DNA of 63,745 nucleotides, the filler included. It is 13 parts of 13 records of this genome, joined end to end, with 100 filler letters (N's around TTAATTAATTAA, not from the genome) between each part and the next. Parts side by side here need not be neighbours in the genome. Positions count along the whole stretch, not along the records: positions 7,737 to 13,341 come from SRR7504441_6014; positions 13,442 to 19,147 come from SRR7504441_6018; positions 19,248 to 23,948 come from SRR7504441_6020; 10 more parts are not named here. One strand, given 5' to 3'. Below the pieces are notes generated by a model, which saw nothing but the letters and a program-made list of their open reading frames with translations, did not search any database and had not been told where the DNA came from. Each line of letters opens with the position of its first letter. Positions within the stretch are counted from its first letter, which is position 1. This document shows positions 11,276 through 21,201 of the stretch, one piece after another. A program made the translations under genes and the position numbers.

Positions 11276-12970
11276 TCATGTTGGTGGCGAGGACCAATCG
11301 GCCGGACACAAGTTGGAAAGTGATGCATCTTTCACCTGAGTGTACTCAGACGTGCGACTCAGCCGAGTATAAGTTGCGATACCCCACATCTTCCAGTGAC
11401 ATGACAACTCGTGATGCCGGGCCTCTGCAGCATTGGCAGTTGCAGTGGTGTTTACTCCTAGTGGCGGGTCCGACCAGAGCCGCTCTGCCAGCGCTGAGGC
11501 CCCAACCCACACATCAGCATCAAAATTGAAGGCGTCAACCGCCTCGCTCCACTGTGACGCCGATCCGCCGAGCAGCAGTTGACGCCGGCCAGGGTGGCTG
11601 TCGCAATCCAATGCATCACACGGTCGAACTGAGTAAACAGCTTCGAAATCCGGGTGGTAATCCAGGTACCAATCTGAGGAGGCCACCGACAGGACCACGG
11701 GCGAGCCTGCGTCTAGTATAGGCCCAGCCGTAGCGATGCTCTGATATACGTTAGCGACACTCCCTTTTGGCAGAAACTGCATGTGTGGTGCCGGCCACAC
11801 ATGCTGCGAACCGCCGGCACCATTTGGCCGGTCGGCAATCCACACCCCCACCGTCCTGTTTCCGTTGGTTTGGATCTGTGGGATCACCTTGGCGCTCACC
11901 TGCGACCAGAAGTGATCGAGCAGTTGAGTGGCGTTCATCTGATTCTCTCGCATCCACTTGGCCACCGACGGATCCTTGTCGAAGCAGTGGTATCCGCAAA
12001 CCCTCGAACCTGGCCACTTGCAGTTGGGATCGAACCCCACCTCGTCGCCACCGAGGTAGATCAGGCTATCGCTGAACACACTGGTCATTTCGCCGAGGAA
12101 TTCAGTCAGGAATTGATAGGTAGAGTCTCGCGTCGGGTCCAGCACATCGGCGCAAGATGACAGTGAGAGCTCCGGCATCCCCTTGGAGAACGAGCCGTGA
12201 CCAGGCATCTCGATCTCGACCACAATCCGCACCCCGCGAGCTTTGGCGAAACCAACCAGCTGGCGGAGCTCGTCCAGAGAGTAGGTTGCGCTGGGGGAAT
12301 AAGCGCCTTTGGCCGAGAGCTGCGGGAATCTGAGAGATTTGAGCGGGAACGAGGAGGAGTCGAGGATGTGCCAGTGGAGCACGTTCATTTTGAGCGCGGC
12401 CATTCCGTTGATCGCACGCTTGATGGTGTCAAGGCTGAGAAAGTGCCTGCCTGTGTCGATCATCAGCCCCCGATAGGCGAAGGCCGGCCGGTCCCAAATC
12501 GTGATCGGCGCTTGGATGGTTGCTTGAGGGGTGGCCACCAGCTGGGCTAGCGTCTCCAAGCCGTGCCGCAGCCCGAACGCGGTAGCCGCAGTCACCGTTA
12601 CTGCGGTGGTGGTGACATTGACGGCATAGGACTCGTCAGTGTCGGGTCCCAAGGCCGTGACCGCTGGGCCGCTGCCTGTGATCTTGGCGGAGACGAGCGC
12701 CAGAGCCGGGGCAGCTGCCAGGCGGCTCGGAGGCCCGGCCTCGCCGCTCCAGCTGGCCTTGTTCCGCAGCAGCTGCCGGTAGCGCGCGAGGATGCCGACG
12801 ACCAGAGGGTCAGCTGCTGCCGACGAGGAGCGGTCGAGGGTGATTGTGATGTTTTTGGCGAGTACCAGGGTCTCCTGCGCCGCACCTGCCGAGTCTCTCG
12901 GCAGCGGGAACAACGCCCGCCCTGGGGTGGCAACCACGGTAAGCAATGCCACCACGGTAGGCAATTGCAT
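11276..12970 (-). CDS. Secreted beta-N-acetylhexosaminidase (GH20), intronless
   Basis: Signal peptide, YRGLMIDTGRHF, KMNVLHWH, EIEMPGH, catalytic LGGDE and AERLWS. Confidence 0.93.
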   Translation of the reverse strand: MQLPTVVALLTVVATPGRALFPLPRDSAGAAQETLVLAKNITITLDRSSSAAADPLVVGILARYRQLLRNKASWSGEAGPPSRLAAAPALALVSAKITGSGPAVTALGPDTDESYAVNVTTTAVTVTAATAFGLRHGLETLAQLVATPQATIQAPITIWDRPAFAYRGLMIDTGRHFLSLDTIKRAINGMAALKMNVLHWHILDSSSFPLKSLRFPQLSAKGAYSPSATYSLDELRQLVGFAKARGVRIVVEIEMPGHGSFSKGMPELSLSSCADVLDPTRDSTYQFLTEFLGEMTSVFSDSLIYLGGDEVGFDPNCKWPGSRVCGYHCFDKDPSVAKWMRENQMNATQLLDHFWSQVSAKVIPQIQTNGNRTVGVWIADRPNGAGGSQHVWPAPHMQFLPKGSVANVYQSIATAGPILDAGSPVVLSVASSDWYLDYHPDFEAVYSVRPCDALDCDSHPGRRQLLLGGSASQWSEAVDAFNFDADVWVGASALAERLWSDPPLGVNTTATANAAEARHHELSCHWKMWGIATYTRLSRTSEYTQVKDASLSNLCPADWSSPPT

Positions 12971-13441
12971 CTTCGGTGCCGCCGAGATCTCTAACGGTCT
13001 CGTTAGCGAACAAGGCTAGATCTAAATCTAAATCGCAAATGCATGCTCACCGACGACCGATACTAGACCGATACAATACATGTAATCCATTTATAATCCA
13101 TTCCGACTAGATCAGCTCGCTATGTATTGCTTGGTGAGCCTGTTTGTTTGTGTAGTGATACGTACGTGGTCCTTTAATAGTTTAAATCACTATCGTTTGC
13201 ATGTCCGGCATGATGTTACGTAGATGTTACGAGTATGCCCGGTACTGCCCTCTAGAGACACCGGTCATTGTATTCAATGTCCAACTAATCCGTTCTTTTC
13301 GCCTGGCTCAATGCCTGCACTGTCTCGGTGTGACCCCCGGCNNNNNNNNNNNNNNNNNNNNNNNNNNNNNNNNNNNNNNNNNNNNTTAATTAATTAANNN
13401 NNNNNNNNNNNNNNNNNNNNNNNNNNNNNNNNNNNNNNNNN

Positions 13442-14596
13442 ACTTGCCCTTGAACAGCTCGGACATGTCGGCCACCTGTGACACATCCCACACCCCAATC
13501 GAAGCAGCCTGCTCCCTCTTTGTGATCCTGTGCATCTTGCTGTTTTGGCCTAGACCGATCTTGATGCAATCTCCTTCTTGCACATTCTTGACCAGATAAT
13601 CCTGTTGGAGCGGCCTCGTGCATCCAGACCGGTACGCCTCCAGCTGGTCATCCCCTTGGAGGTCAAACACCTCTCCAGAGCTGCTGGTGAGCCGCACAGA
13701 TCCGGCCTTGAACGTGCTCTCGGCCTTGGTTCGGTTCTCGCACCACATGTCCACGGCCCGTTGCAGCTGGACCTTGGTGACGAACTGGGTGAATGTGCAT
13801 ACGCCGTCCTTGATCGCTCCTGTGCCGAGATTGACTGGGAAAGAGGTGCCGGTAGACTCCAGATCCATCTCCGACTTAAAGCCGGTAGACTCCAACTGGT
13901 TGAGCCAGGTCTGGTTCCAGCAGAGCGGCTGATCAAACTCTTCGAATTCGTGGAACATGTGGTATATGTCGGTGACTTGGTCCATCTTCCAGGCCCCGAT
14001 TGGGGGATTGCAGACACCCAAATCAGAGAATAGATTGGACATGTCTGTTACCGCGGACACATTCCACGATTCAATCGGTCCGTACTTGATGCCCGTCTTG
14101 ATATCCGTATCTTCGAATTTCTCGTGGGTGCCGTTGCGAGCCGCGGCACACCAGTCCTTGATTGCGGTCCTCAAGTCCCTTTTCGCGCTTTGGCCGCCGA
14201 AGCATAGAGATGTACTGCAGTCGTCCGCCAAAGTGGGATCTTCGTCCGACTCGGAGGTGGACGACTCGGAGGTGGTAGAGTTCTCTGACCGACGAGCCGA
14301 CTCCAGTTCTTGAACCTGCAACCACGCATCCGCTCAATCGATCCGCCCAGGCCGGGGCTCTCTCGGATGGACTAGCTAGTGCGCTCGGTCGGTATCCCCC
14401 CCCTCCTCCCCGTCCCACGCCCCCGGTTGGGCGGGTCAAGGTCGGAGGGGGGGCAAGCCAAGGCGGAGGGCAAGCGTACAGTTTCGCTCTTGTGCTTCAA
14501 GATCGGCTTGTTCGGGGAGGTGGGCGAGTCGGTGCTTAGGCTTGCCTCCGCCGCCGCAAACGCGAGCGCGAACAACAGTAGCGTGCAGATCCTCAT
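13442..14596 (-). CDS. Secreted/surface protein with DUF285 (BspA/PARCEL-like) repeats (3'-partial)
   Basis: Signal peptide MRICTLLLFALAFAAAEA and repeats YGPIESWNVSAVTDMSNLF, FDQPLCW and WDVSQVADMSELF. Exon junctions were not fully resolved. Confidence 0.7.
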
Positions 14597-14684
14597 CGAC
14601 CCAGGCTCTTCTTGCCAATTGGCCGGCGCTTCAACGCCGGGCCTCTTCTGCTGAGATCAGCTGCCGGCCGTTGCTCTAACTGCA

Positions 14685-14781
14685 CCAGACGTGCACGCAG
14701 TATTTTAAAGGTCCGTTGATCCACGGTGCTACTCGAGCAGCCGGCACGGTGCTACTCGAGCAACCGGCCGTGCACGTCTGG
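14685..14781. promoter_or_regulatory. Structured divergent promoter: 13-bp inverted repeat enclosing a TATA-like tract, GTCCGTTG and a 23-bp tandem repeat
   Basis: CCAGACGTGCACG (14685-14697) pairs with CGTGCACGTCTGG (14769-14781). CACGGTGCTACTCGAGCA(G/A)CCGG occurs twice (14722-14767). Confidence 0.6.
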
Positions 14782-14796
14782 ACTCGGTCGGGTACA

Positions 14797-15678
14797 ATGG
14801 CCCAGGCGGAATCTGCACCGCAGGAAGGAGGGGCGGTCGTCCACGGGGCTGGAACCGCGTGGGAGCACACCCACGGCCCAACGGGTGCAAAGATCTGCGG
14901 GCTTGGGGCAGTCAACATCGGCGGAGCCACCTTCATTATCGACCGCGAGGGGCAGGTCGAGGCAGGCCTGAGTACCGAGTTTGGCGTGGAGCACATCGGA
15001 GGGAGCCCCGACGTGAAGCCGACCGCCTGCTGGCTCGCCAACCCGGACGGTAAGAAGGTGTGTAACCCGGTGGAGGGCGTCGACCACGAGCCGATGCCGG
15101 GCGAGGGGCTGCACTGGCACTTCAACCTGCAGCCGATGTATCCGGTCAAGAAGTCCAAGCTGGTGATCCAGGTCGGCCAGGAGGAAGCCCTCGTTGACCT
15201 CCAGCTTGGGGCCTCCCCCTGCGCCCACGGAATCCTGAGTGTCTTCAAGGCTGAACACGACCCGAGCTGGCGGGGCTTCCTCGAGCTGACCTTGCACGGC
15301 GATGCGGGGGACCTGGAGCTCCGCTTCTACAGCAGCGCGGGGGAACGGACGGCCTGGCAATCGCACACTGGCAAGCCAAAGCCGTTCGACATCCCGGCCG
15401 ACACCAAGGTCACGATCAGCTTCCCAGGCAAGTTTGGCGGGAGAACTGTCGCGCTCGCTCCACGGAACATGGACCAGAACGAGGACGAGGAAGGGGTGGC
15501 CAACATGCGAGAGGGAAACATGACAAACTACTTCATCTTCCCTGGCGAGAGCGGCCAGGACCCGAAATGGCTCGTGGGCCTGGACTGGCGCGGGCTGGCT
15601 GTGGTCAATTTTGAGCTCTCTGACGGCAAGAAGTATGCTTGTGACCCCTTCGTGCTCGTGCCGCACGAGGCGCTCTAA
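14797..15678 (+). CDS. Uncharacterised intronless protein with His-containing motifs, bacterial-like
   Basis: Clean ORF with GC3-rich codons; motifs EHTHG, HWH, LELTLHGDAGDLEL, NEDEEG and TNYFIFP. Confidence 0.75.
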   Translation: MAQAESAPQEGGAVVHGAGTAWEHTHGPTGAKICGLGAVNIGGATFIIDREGQVEAGLSTEFGVEHIGGSPDVKPTACWLANPDGKKVCNPVEGVDHEPMPGEGLHWHFNLQPMYPVKKSKLVIQVGQEEALVDLQLGASPCAHGILSVFKAEHDPSWRGFLELTLHGDAGDLELRFYSSAGERTAWQSHTGKPKPFDIPADTKVTISFPGKFGGRTVALAPRNMDQNEDEEGVANMREGNMTNYFIFPGESGQDPKWLVGLDWRGLAVVNFELSDGKKYACDPFVLVPHEAL

Positions 15679-15821
15679 TCGACTAAATCAACCATTTTTA
15701 CGAACCGTAGAGCACGTTGTGATAATGTTACTCGTGTACTCACTACATTATAAACTAGTTATAGATACGCGCGCAGCATAATTATCTAAACGAGTGTTGT
15801 ACGATTGTAGTAATCAAGCTC

Positions 15822-18800
15822 TCACTTGGTTTTTCCTTCAGCTTTTTGGGTGGCTAGCTTGGCCTCGGCTACTTGCCTTTCAACTGTGCTGGCTGCTTTC
15901 TTCTTTGCACGAATGGCCACCGCCTTCTTTGCTTTGATCAGCTCAAGTTCGCTGTTCTTGTCGTTGATAGCTGCCTCGAGTTTCTTCTGATCCGCCTTTG
16001 CAGCATCGAACTCACGCTTCGCCTTCTCCCGTTGCACAGACTTGAGAGTCACCTTCATCGATGCGATCTTTTCCTTGAGTTTGACGATCTCTGAGGTGAC
16101 CCGGTCGAGCTGCCCAGATTTCTCCTTCTTCGCGTCACTGGCCAGCCTCACTTGCTGGTGCAGTGCCTTGTTCTGCTCTCTAGCACTGTCTACCTTCTTC
16201 TCTAGATCAACCACCTGCTTGCCGGCTGGCGCGAGCTTTGATGTCTCATTTGCAAGCAGGGCGGTCTCGTGCTTCAACTGCAGCTGCACTTCACTCCTCT
16301 TTGACACAAAGGCTTGCTCTCTGCTCTTGGTGTTGCTAAGGATATCTTGATGCTTCTTCAACTCAGTTTCAGCCTGTGCTTCATCCTGCAACGCTTTGGA
16401 CTTGGCGCCCTCCACCTCAGTTTTGGCCTTGGCCAGAGAAGCCAAGGCAGCGGCTGCTTTGTTCTCAGCGTCTCGCTGCTGCGCGACAGCCTTGCCGAGC
16501 TCCGAATTTTTGTCTTTCTGTGCAGCAACAAATGCATTCCTCTCCTCATCCGCAGTGCGCTCAGTTATCTCGGCCTCGGCCTGCTCTGCTGTCTGCAACG
16601 CTGCTGCTTCATCTTCGTTTGTGGTCTCTACTGCTTTCTTCTTGGCTTGGGCTGCTGCTTCCTTCTGTCTGATCTCCATCTCCCTTGCATCAGCCACCTC
16701 TTTGGCCCAGTGCTGTTCTGCCTCGTGTTCCTTCTCAGCGATCTCGAGTTTAGCGGTCCGCAGCTTCTCCTTCGCCGTTGCCTTGGCGTGTCTCATTGCA
16801 GCTCTGGCATTTGATTTTGCAGCCTCGAGCAGCTGCTCAGCCTTCTCCTGCACTCCAGCTGCCTTGGCATGCGCAGCCTTGACTTTTGCGGCCTCGGCTC
16901 TTGACACGGCTTGCAGCCGCTTCTGAGCAGTGGAGATCGCAGCATTGCTCTCCAGGGCGTCCTGCGTAGCCAACCGAGCCATTGCTTTCGACTGGGCTAC
17001 TTCGGCCTGCTGCACGTCTTTTCGTGCTCCACGGATACGCGATTGGAGTTCATTTGTTGCCTGAGTCTCGCTGGCCCGTTGGTCGTCAAGCTCCTCCTTG
17101 AGCCTGACTGTCTGCGCGTTGAGGTCACGCTTGACATTCTGGGTCTGGCTGTCTTGATCCTTGCGCAGCTCCAACTCCTCGTCTTCTATTTGGCTCTTGA
17201 GCTTGGGCTCTTTCGCTTGCAGTTGATCCAAAGCCATCTTAATCTCGTGAGCATTGTCAAGGGCGGCCTTCTTCTTCAGCTCGTGCTTGGCTTTCATGTC
17301 GCCCTTGCTCTCTCGCTCGTCCGATTCTTTCTTCTGTACATCGAGCTTCCCTTTCTGCAGACCGTTAATCTTGGTCTCCAGTTGCTGCTTCTGAGCGAGT
17401 TTTGCCTTCATGTCAGAGAGTTCCTGCTCCAGCTGATCAACCTTCTTCTTCTCGTTTGCTGCCATGGCCGCAGCCTCCTTCTGCTTGAAGAGGCCAGCTC
17501 GTAGCTTTGCTTCCTCCTCCTCCTTCTTGTTTTGCTCAGAATCTGCCTGCTGCTTTTTCTCTGCTTCAAGTGCGATCGCCTCCTGTTCGGCAGTCTCTGC
17601 CTGAGCATTGGCCTCAGCCAGCGTCTTAGCCCGAGCCTCGAGCTGTTCAGTCTTGGCAGCGTTGGCCTGCTTCTTCTTCTTCAGTTGCTTCAGTTTACCT
17701 TCGAGTTCCGCCTCCACCCGGTCGGCCATCTCAGCCTGCTTTGCTTCCACGGCCTTGCCTGCTGCAATCTCCATGGAAGCCTTGCTCCTCTCGGTCTTCT
17801 TCTCGGTCTCTTCGGCTCGAAGCTCGGCCTCCTTTCTGTCTGCTTGCTCCTGCTCTAGCTCCATCTTGCGCTGCATTTCCTCCTCGGCCCGCTCTGTCTG
17901 CAACTTCTCAGCCTGCTCCGACTGCGACCGGGCCTCTGCAATACTTGCCAGCTTCTGGTCAAACTCGAGTTTGATACTGGCCTCTTCGCCCGCCATGGCA
18001 GTCTCTTGCTTGGACTTCTCCAGCTGCTCCGCTTGGCTCAAACGCGCCAGTTTGGCTTCGAGCTGGGCCCGAGACCGGAGCAGGACTGCCTTCTTTTTGG
18101 CTGCAGTGAGCGCATCCATCTGGACGTGCTCCGTGTCGGCTGAGTCGGCCTGGACGGCCTTCTCGACCGCGGCGTCCCTCTGGAGCTCCTGTTTGAGCGC
18201 ATCGAGCTCCGAACTGTCCTGGGATGCAGCCTGTTGTGGCACGTTGGAAGACTTGAGATCCTGCCAGGCACAGTCAGGGCCAGCCGCGCTGGCCAGACGC
18301 ACGTCGATTTGCTTTTGCATCAGCTGCATTCGGGCCTCGAGTGCCTTGTTCCGTGCCTGGAGCGCAGCGTTCTCGGTGCCGCCTTGATGGAGCATCTTCA
18401 CAGCCAGCAGTGCCTTCTCCATTGCATCCACCCGTCTCAACAGCGCATGCTGCGCCTGACACCCGGCCAATAAGCCCAGTCCAAGCCAGATGCTTCACAC
18501 ACCGTCGCACCCATCACTTGGGCAGTCACAGCCGGCGCTGCAGGCGGTGGTGCTCTGTGCTCTGTGGCTGCGATTGCGTCCCTTGTGACCCTCTCCTGCT
18601 CGATCAGCTGGCGCTCCTTGGCCAGCAGCTGCGCCGCTTCGGCCGCGTTGCCCTGGCTGGCCTTTTCTTGCTCGCGGACCACCTGCACTTGGCCTTGCAT
18701 GTTGGAGAACTGATTCTTTAGCTGAGCCAGCTGCGCCGCATCGGCGGCAGACAGACCACCGGGCGCGCCCTTTTCGAGTCTAGCCTTGTTCAGCTCCAGG

Positions 18801-19147
18801 TCGAGTTTGGCTTTGTACTCTGTCATCTTGGCCATCATTTTATTCATGTCTGCTTCGGCAGTCGCTTTAGCCTGTACACTCTCTCAGCCCAATCCAGCGC
18901 GCCAGTGCCAATACCGCCTCAGATGCCGCCTGAGCGGCCTGCTTGGCGATCGCGGACGTGTCGACCGGCGGGCTGCTCCCATCGGGGGCGAAGCTCTTGT
19001 CTGCCAGCATCGAGTCCTCGGTGCCCTGGGTAAGCTCCGCCACCTGCACTCGTTCAGCCGGGCACAAACCACTCAGCCGGCACCTGTGCCACATCGGCCA
19101 GCCGGGCCTGCGAGGTGGCCGACACTTGGTTGAGCTGGCTGTCGACT
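15822..19147 (-). CDS. Large K/E/A-rich coiled-coil protein (5'-partial, multi-exon)
   Basis: 882-aa heptad-rich ORF plus upstream exons (ORFs 18437..18847 and 18867..19094) separated by short introns. Confidence 0.7.
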
Positions 19148-19247
19148 NNNNNNNNNNNNNNNNNNNNNNNNNNNNNNNNNNNNNNNNNNNNTTAATTAAT
19201 TAANNNNNNNNNNNNNNNNNNNNNNNNNNNNNNNNNNNNNNNNNNNN

Positions 19248-19519
19248 TCCTCCTCATCCTCCTCCTCATCCTCCTCGTCCTCTTCGTCCTCCAGCCGGTA
19301 GAGCCGCTCCATGTCCTGCTGCTCCTGCCGGGTCTTGCCCCGGCCATACTTGTCCAGCCCGGCCGACCCGCGGAACTTGGGGTCGAAGATCTTCTCGAAC
19401 CGCTTGTCCACCGTGGTCTTCTGCAGCTTGCGGGCCGGCTTCTGGAATCGCGGATCCTTACCCGCTCGGGCGAACCGCGGGTCGGCGATCTGCTTTCTTG
19501 CGCCGCCATCACCCGCCAT
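19248..19519 (-). CDS. ESF1: Pre-rRNA processing factor ESF1, N-terminus (3'-partial)
   Basis: DPRF...DPRF...VDKRF...LDKYGR followed by an acidic tract. Confidence 0.85.
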
Positions 19520-19572
19520 GGCTGCTGTGCTGGCACGCGCGGTGCGTGCTGCCGCGGCCGTGAGCCCGGAAC

Positions 19573-21174
19573 ATGCAGTGGGCGCCGTCGTGCATGGCGC
19601 TGTGCTGTCTGCTGGCTGTGGACTCTGCATCGGCGGCAGTGGTCCGCATCACTGTGGACTCTGCGAGCAGCCCGGAGCAGACCGCCCTGCCCAAATTCTG
19701 GCAGGCGAGCGTGGGGTCGGGCCACGCGCGGCTGGGGCTCCGGCAGGACTGGCGGCGGCAGCTCTCCGCGGTGCACCGGGACACCGGCATCCATGGGGTG
19801 CGGTTTCATGGCTCGCTGGACGATGAGATGGGGCCGGTGGTCACTCTGGGCGAGAGCGGGCCTGTTTACAACTTCACACTGCTCGACCAAGTGTATGACG
19901 GGATCATGGCGGCCGGGGTGCGACCTATCGTGGAGCTGTCGTTCATGCCGAGTGCGATCGCCAACTGCACGCCGGGGACTACTGGCGAGGATCACTGCCG
20001 CACCCGGATGCACTATCACGCACTCGAGGCGAGCCCCAAGTCCCCTGAGCTGTGGCGCGATCTAGTCCACGCTTTCGTGCGGCACTTGGTGAGCCGGTAC
20101 GGCCTCGATGAAGTGTCCAAGTGGCGATTCGAGGTCTGGAACGAGCTGTGGGGCATCTCGATGGGGGATGGCAGCCCAGGCAACTCACCTTACATGTCAC
20201 TCTACAATGCTTCGTACCACGCTGTCAAAGCCGTATCACCCGGCCTCAGCATTGGGGGCCCAGCCACTGCTAAGCTCAAGGATTTGGTAGAGTTTGTGCA
20301 GGCATGCCGGGCATGGCGGATCCCTCTCGCTGCTCCAGATTTTGTCTCTACCCACTACTATCCATCCGACAGCTGTATCCAAACCAACAGCAGCAGCCTC
20401 GATTGCTTCAGCAGCAACATCATCAGTGCGCGTCGCCAGGTCCAAAACCAGACCTTCCTGCTCACTGAGGTCAACTGCGGCCTCGGCCAGCCAGGCGCCG
20501 GGGTTGCGTACGCAGCGGCCTTCCTGCTGCGCACTGTTAACGCGCTTAGAATGCACAATGTAGCGGCGCTCAGTTGGTGGACATTCTCGGCCATATTCGA
20601 GGAACGGCATTTACCGCGGCAGGAAGTCGGGCCATTTGGGGCAAACAGCGCGATGCAAACGGTCCATGGGATCCCAATGCCAGTCTACCGCGGGTTCCAG
20701 CTGCTGCGAGACGCGGGGGACGCTGTGCTGCCTGTTAGATCGAGTGGGGGGATGTTCGATCAGGCTGGCCCGCTCACAGTGATGGCCACCAGGAATACCA
20801 CCGCAGGCCACCAAGCGGTGGTTATCTTCCTGGGGAACCTGCCACGCGCAGACGGGGGCGCAGCGGCCGGGCCTGCTGGCAACCAGACCCTTGCAAACGA
20901 GACTCAGACAGTTGAGCTCACAGTGCTCCAACATGGGAGAGTCGGTCGGAGCCTAGCGCTTGTTCGGAGCATCAACTCTACATGTGCTAATCCTAAGGGT
21001 GTGTGGATCACGGACATGCAGTCAGTGCAGTGGCCCAGTACCGCACAGCTGGCCGCCCTGCGTGCCTCATCACAGATGTGCGAGGACAAAGTGTCGCTAC
21101 GTTGGGAGACTGGGGAAGCGAAGCTTAATTTAAGTGTGGAGGCATACGGCGTGACCCAAGTCTTAATTATATGA
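19573..21174 (+). CDS. Secreted GH39 glycosidase (beta-xylosidase/iduronidase-like), intronless
   Basis: Signal peptide, VGSGHA, VRFHG, PIVELSFMP, FEVWNE (acid/base), LTE (nucleophile) and SWWTFS.IFEE. Confidence 0.92.
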   Translation: MQWAPSCMALCCLLAVDSASAAVVRITVDSASSPEQTALPKFWQASVGSGHARLGLRQDWRRQLSAVHRDTGIHGVRFHGSLDDEMGPVVTLGESGPVYNFTLLDQVYDGIMAAGVRPIVELSFMPSAIANCTPGTTGEDHCRTRMHYHALEASPKSPELWRDLVHAFVRHLVSRYGLDEVSKWRFEVWNELWGISMGDGSPGNSPYMSLYNASYHAVKAVSPGLSIGGPATAKLKDLVEFVQACRAWRIPLAAPDFVSTHYYPSDSCIQTNSSSLDCFSSNIISARRQVQNQTFLLTEVNCGLGQPGAGVAYAAAFLLRTVNALRMHNVAALSWWTFSAIFEERHLPRQEVGPFGANSAMQTVHGIPMPVYRGFQLLRDAGDAVLPVRSSGGMFDQAGPLTVMATRNTTAGHQAVVIFLGNLPRADGGAAAGPAGNQTLANETQTVELTVLQHGRVGRSLALVRSINSTCANPKGVWITDMQSVQWPSTAQLAALRASSQMCEDKVSLRWETGEAKLNLSVEAYGVTQVLII

Positions 21175-21201
21175 TTCAGGGGGTTAGAACTAATTAATGA
21201 A

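Noticed and set aside
13235-13270. Minus-strand ATGA followed by a hairpin as a second SECIS
   Set aside because: It lacks the 3' GA core and apical AA, and no in-frame TGA gene is visible upstream.
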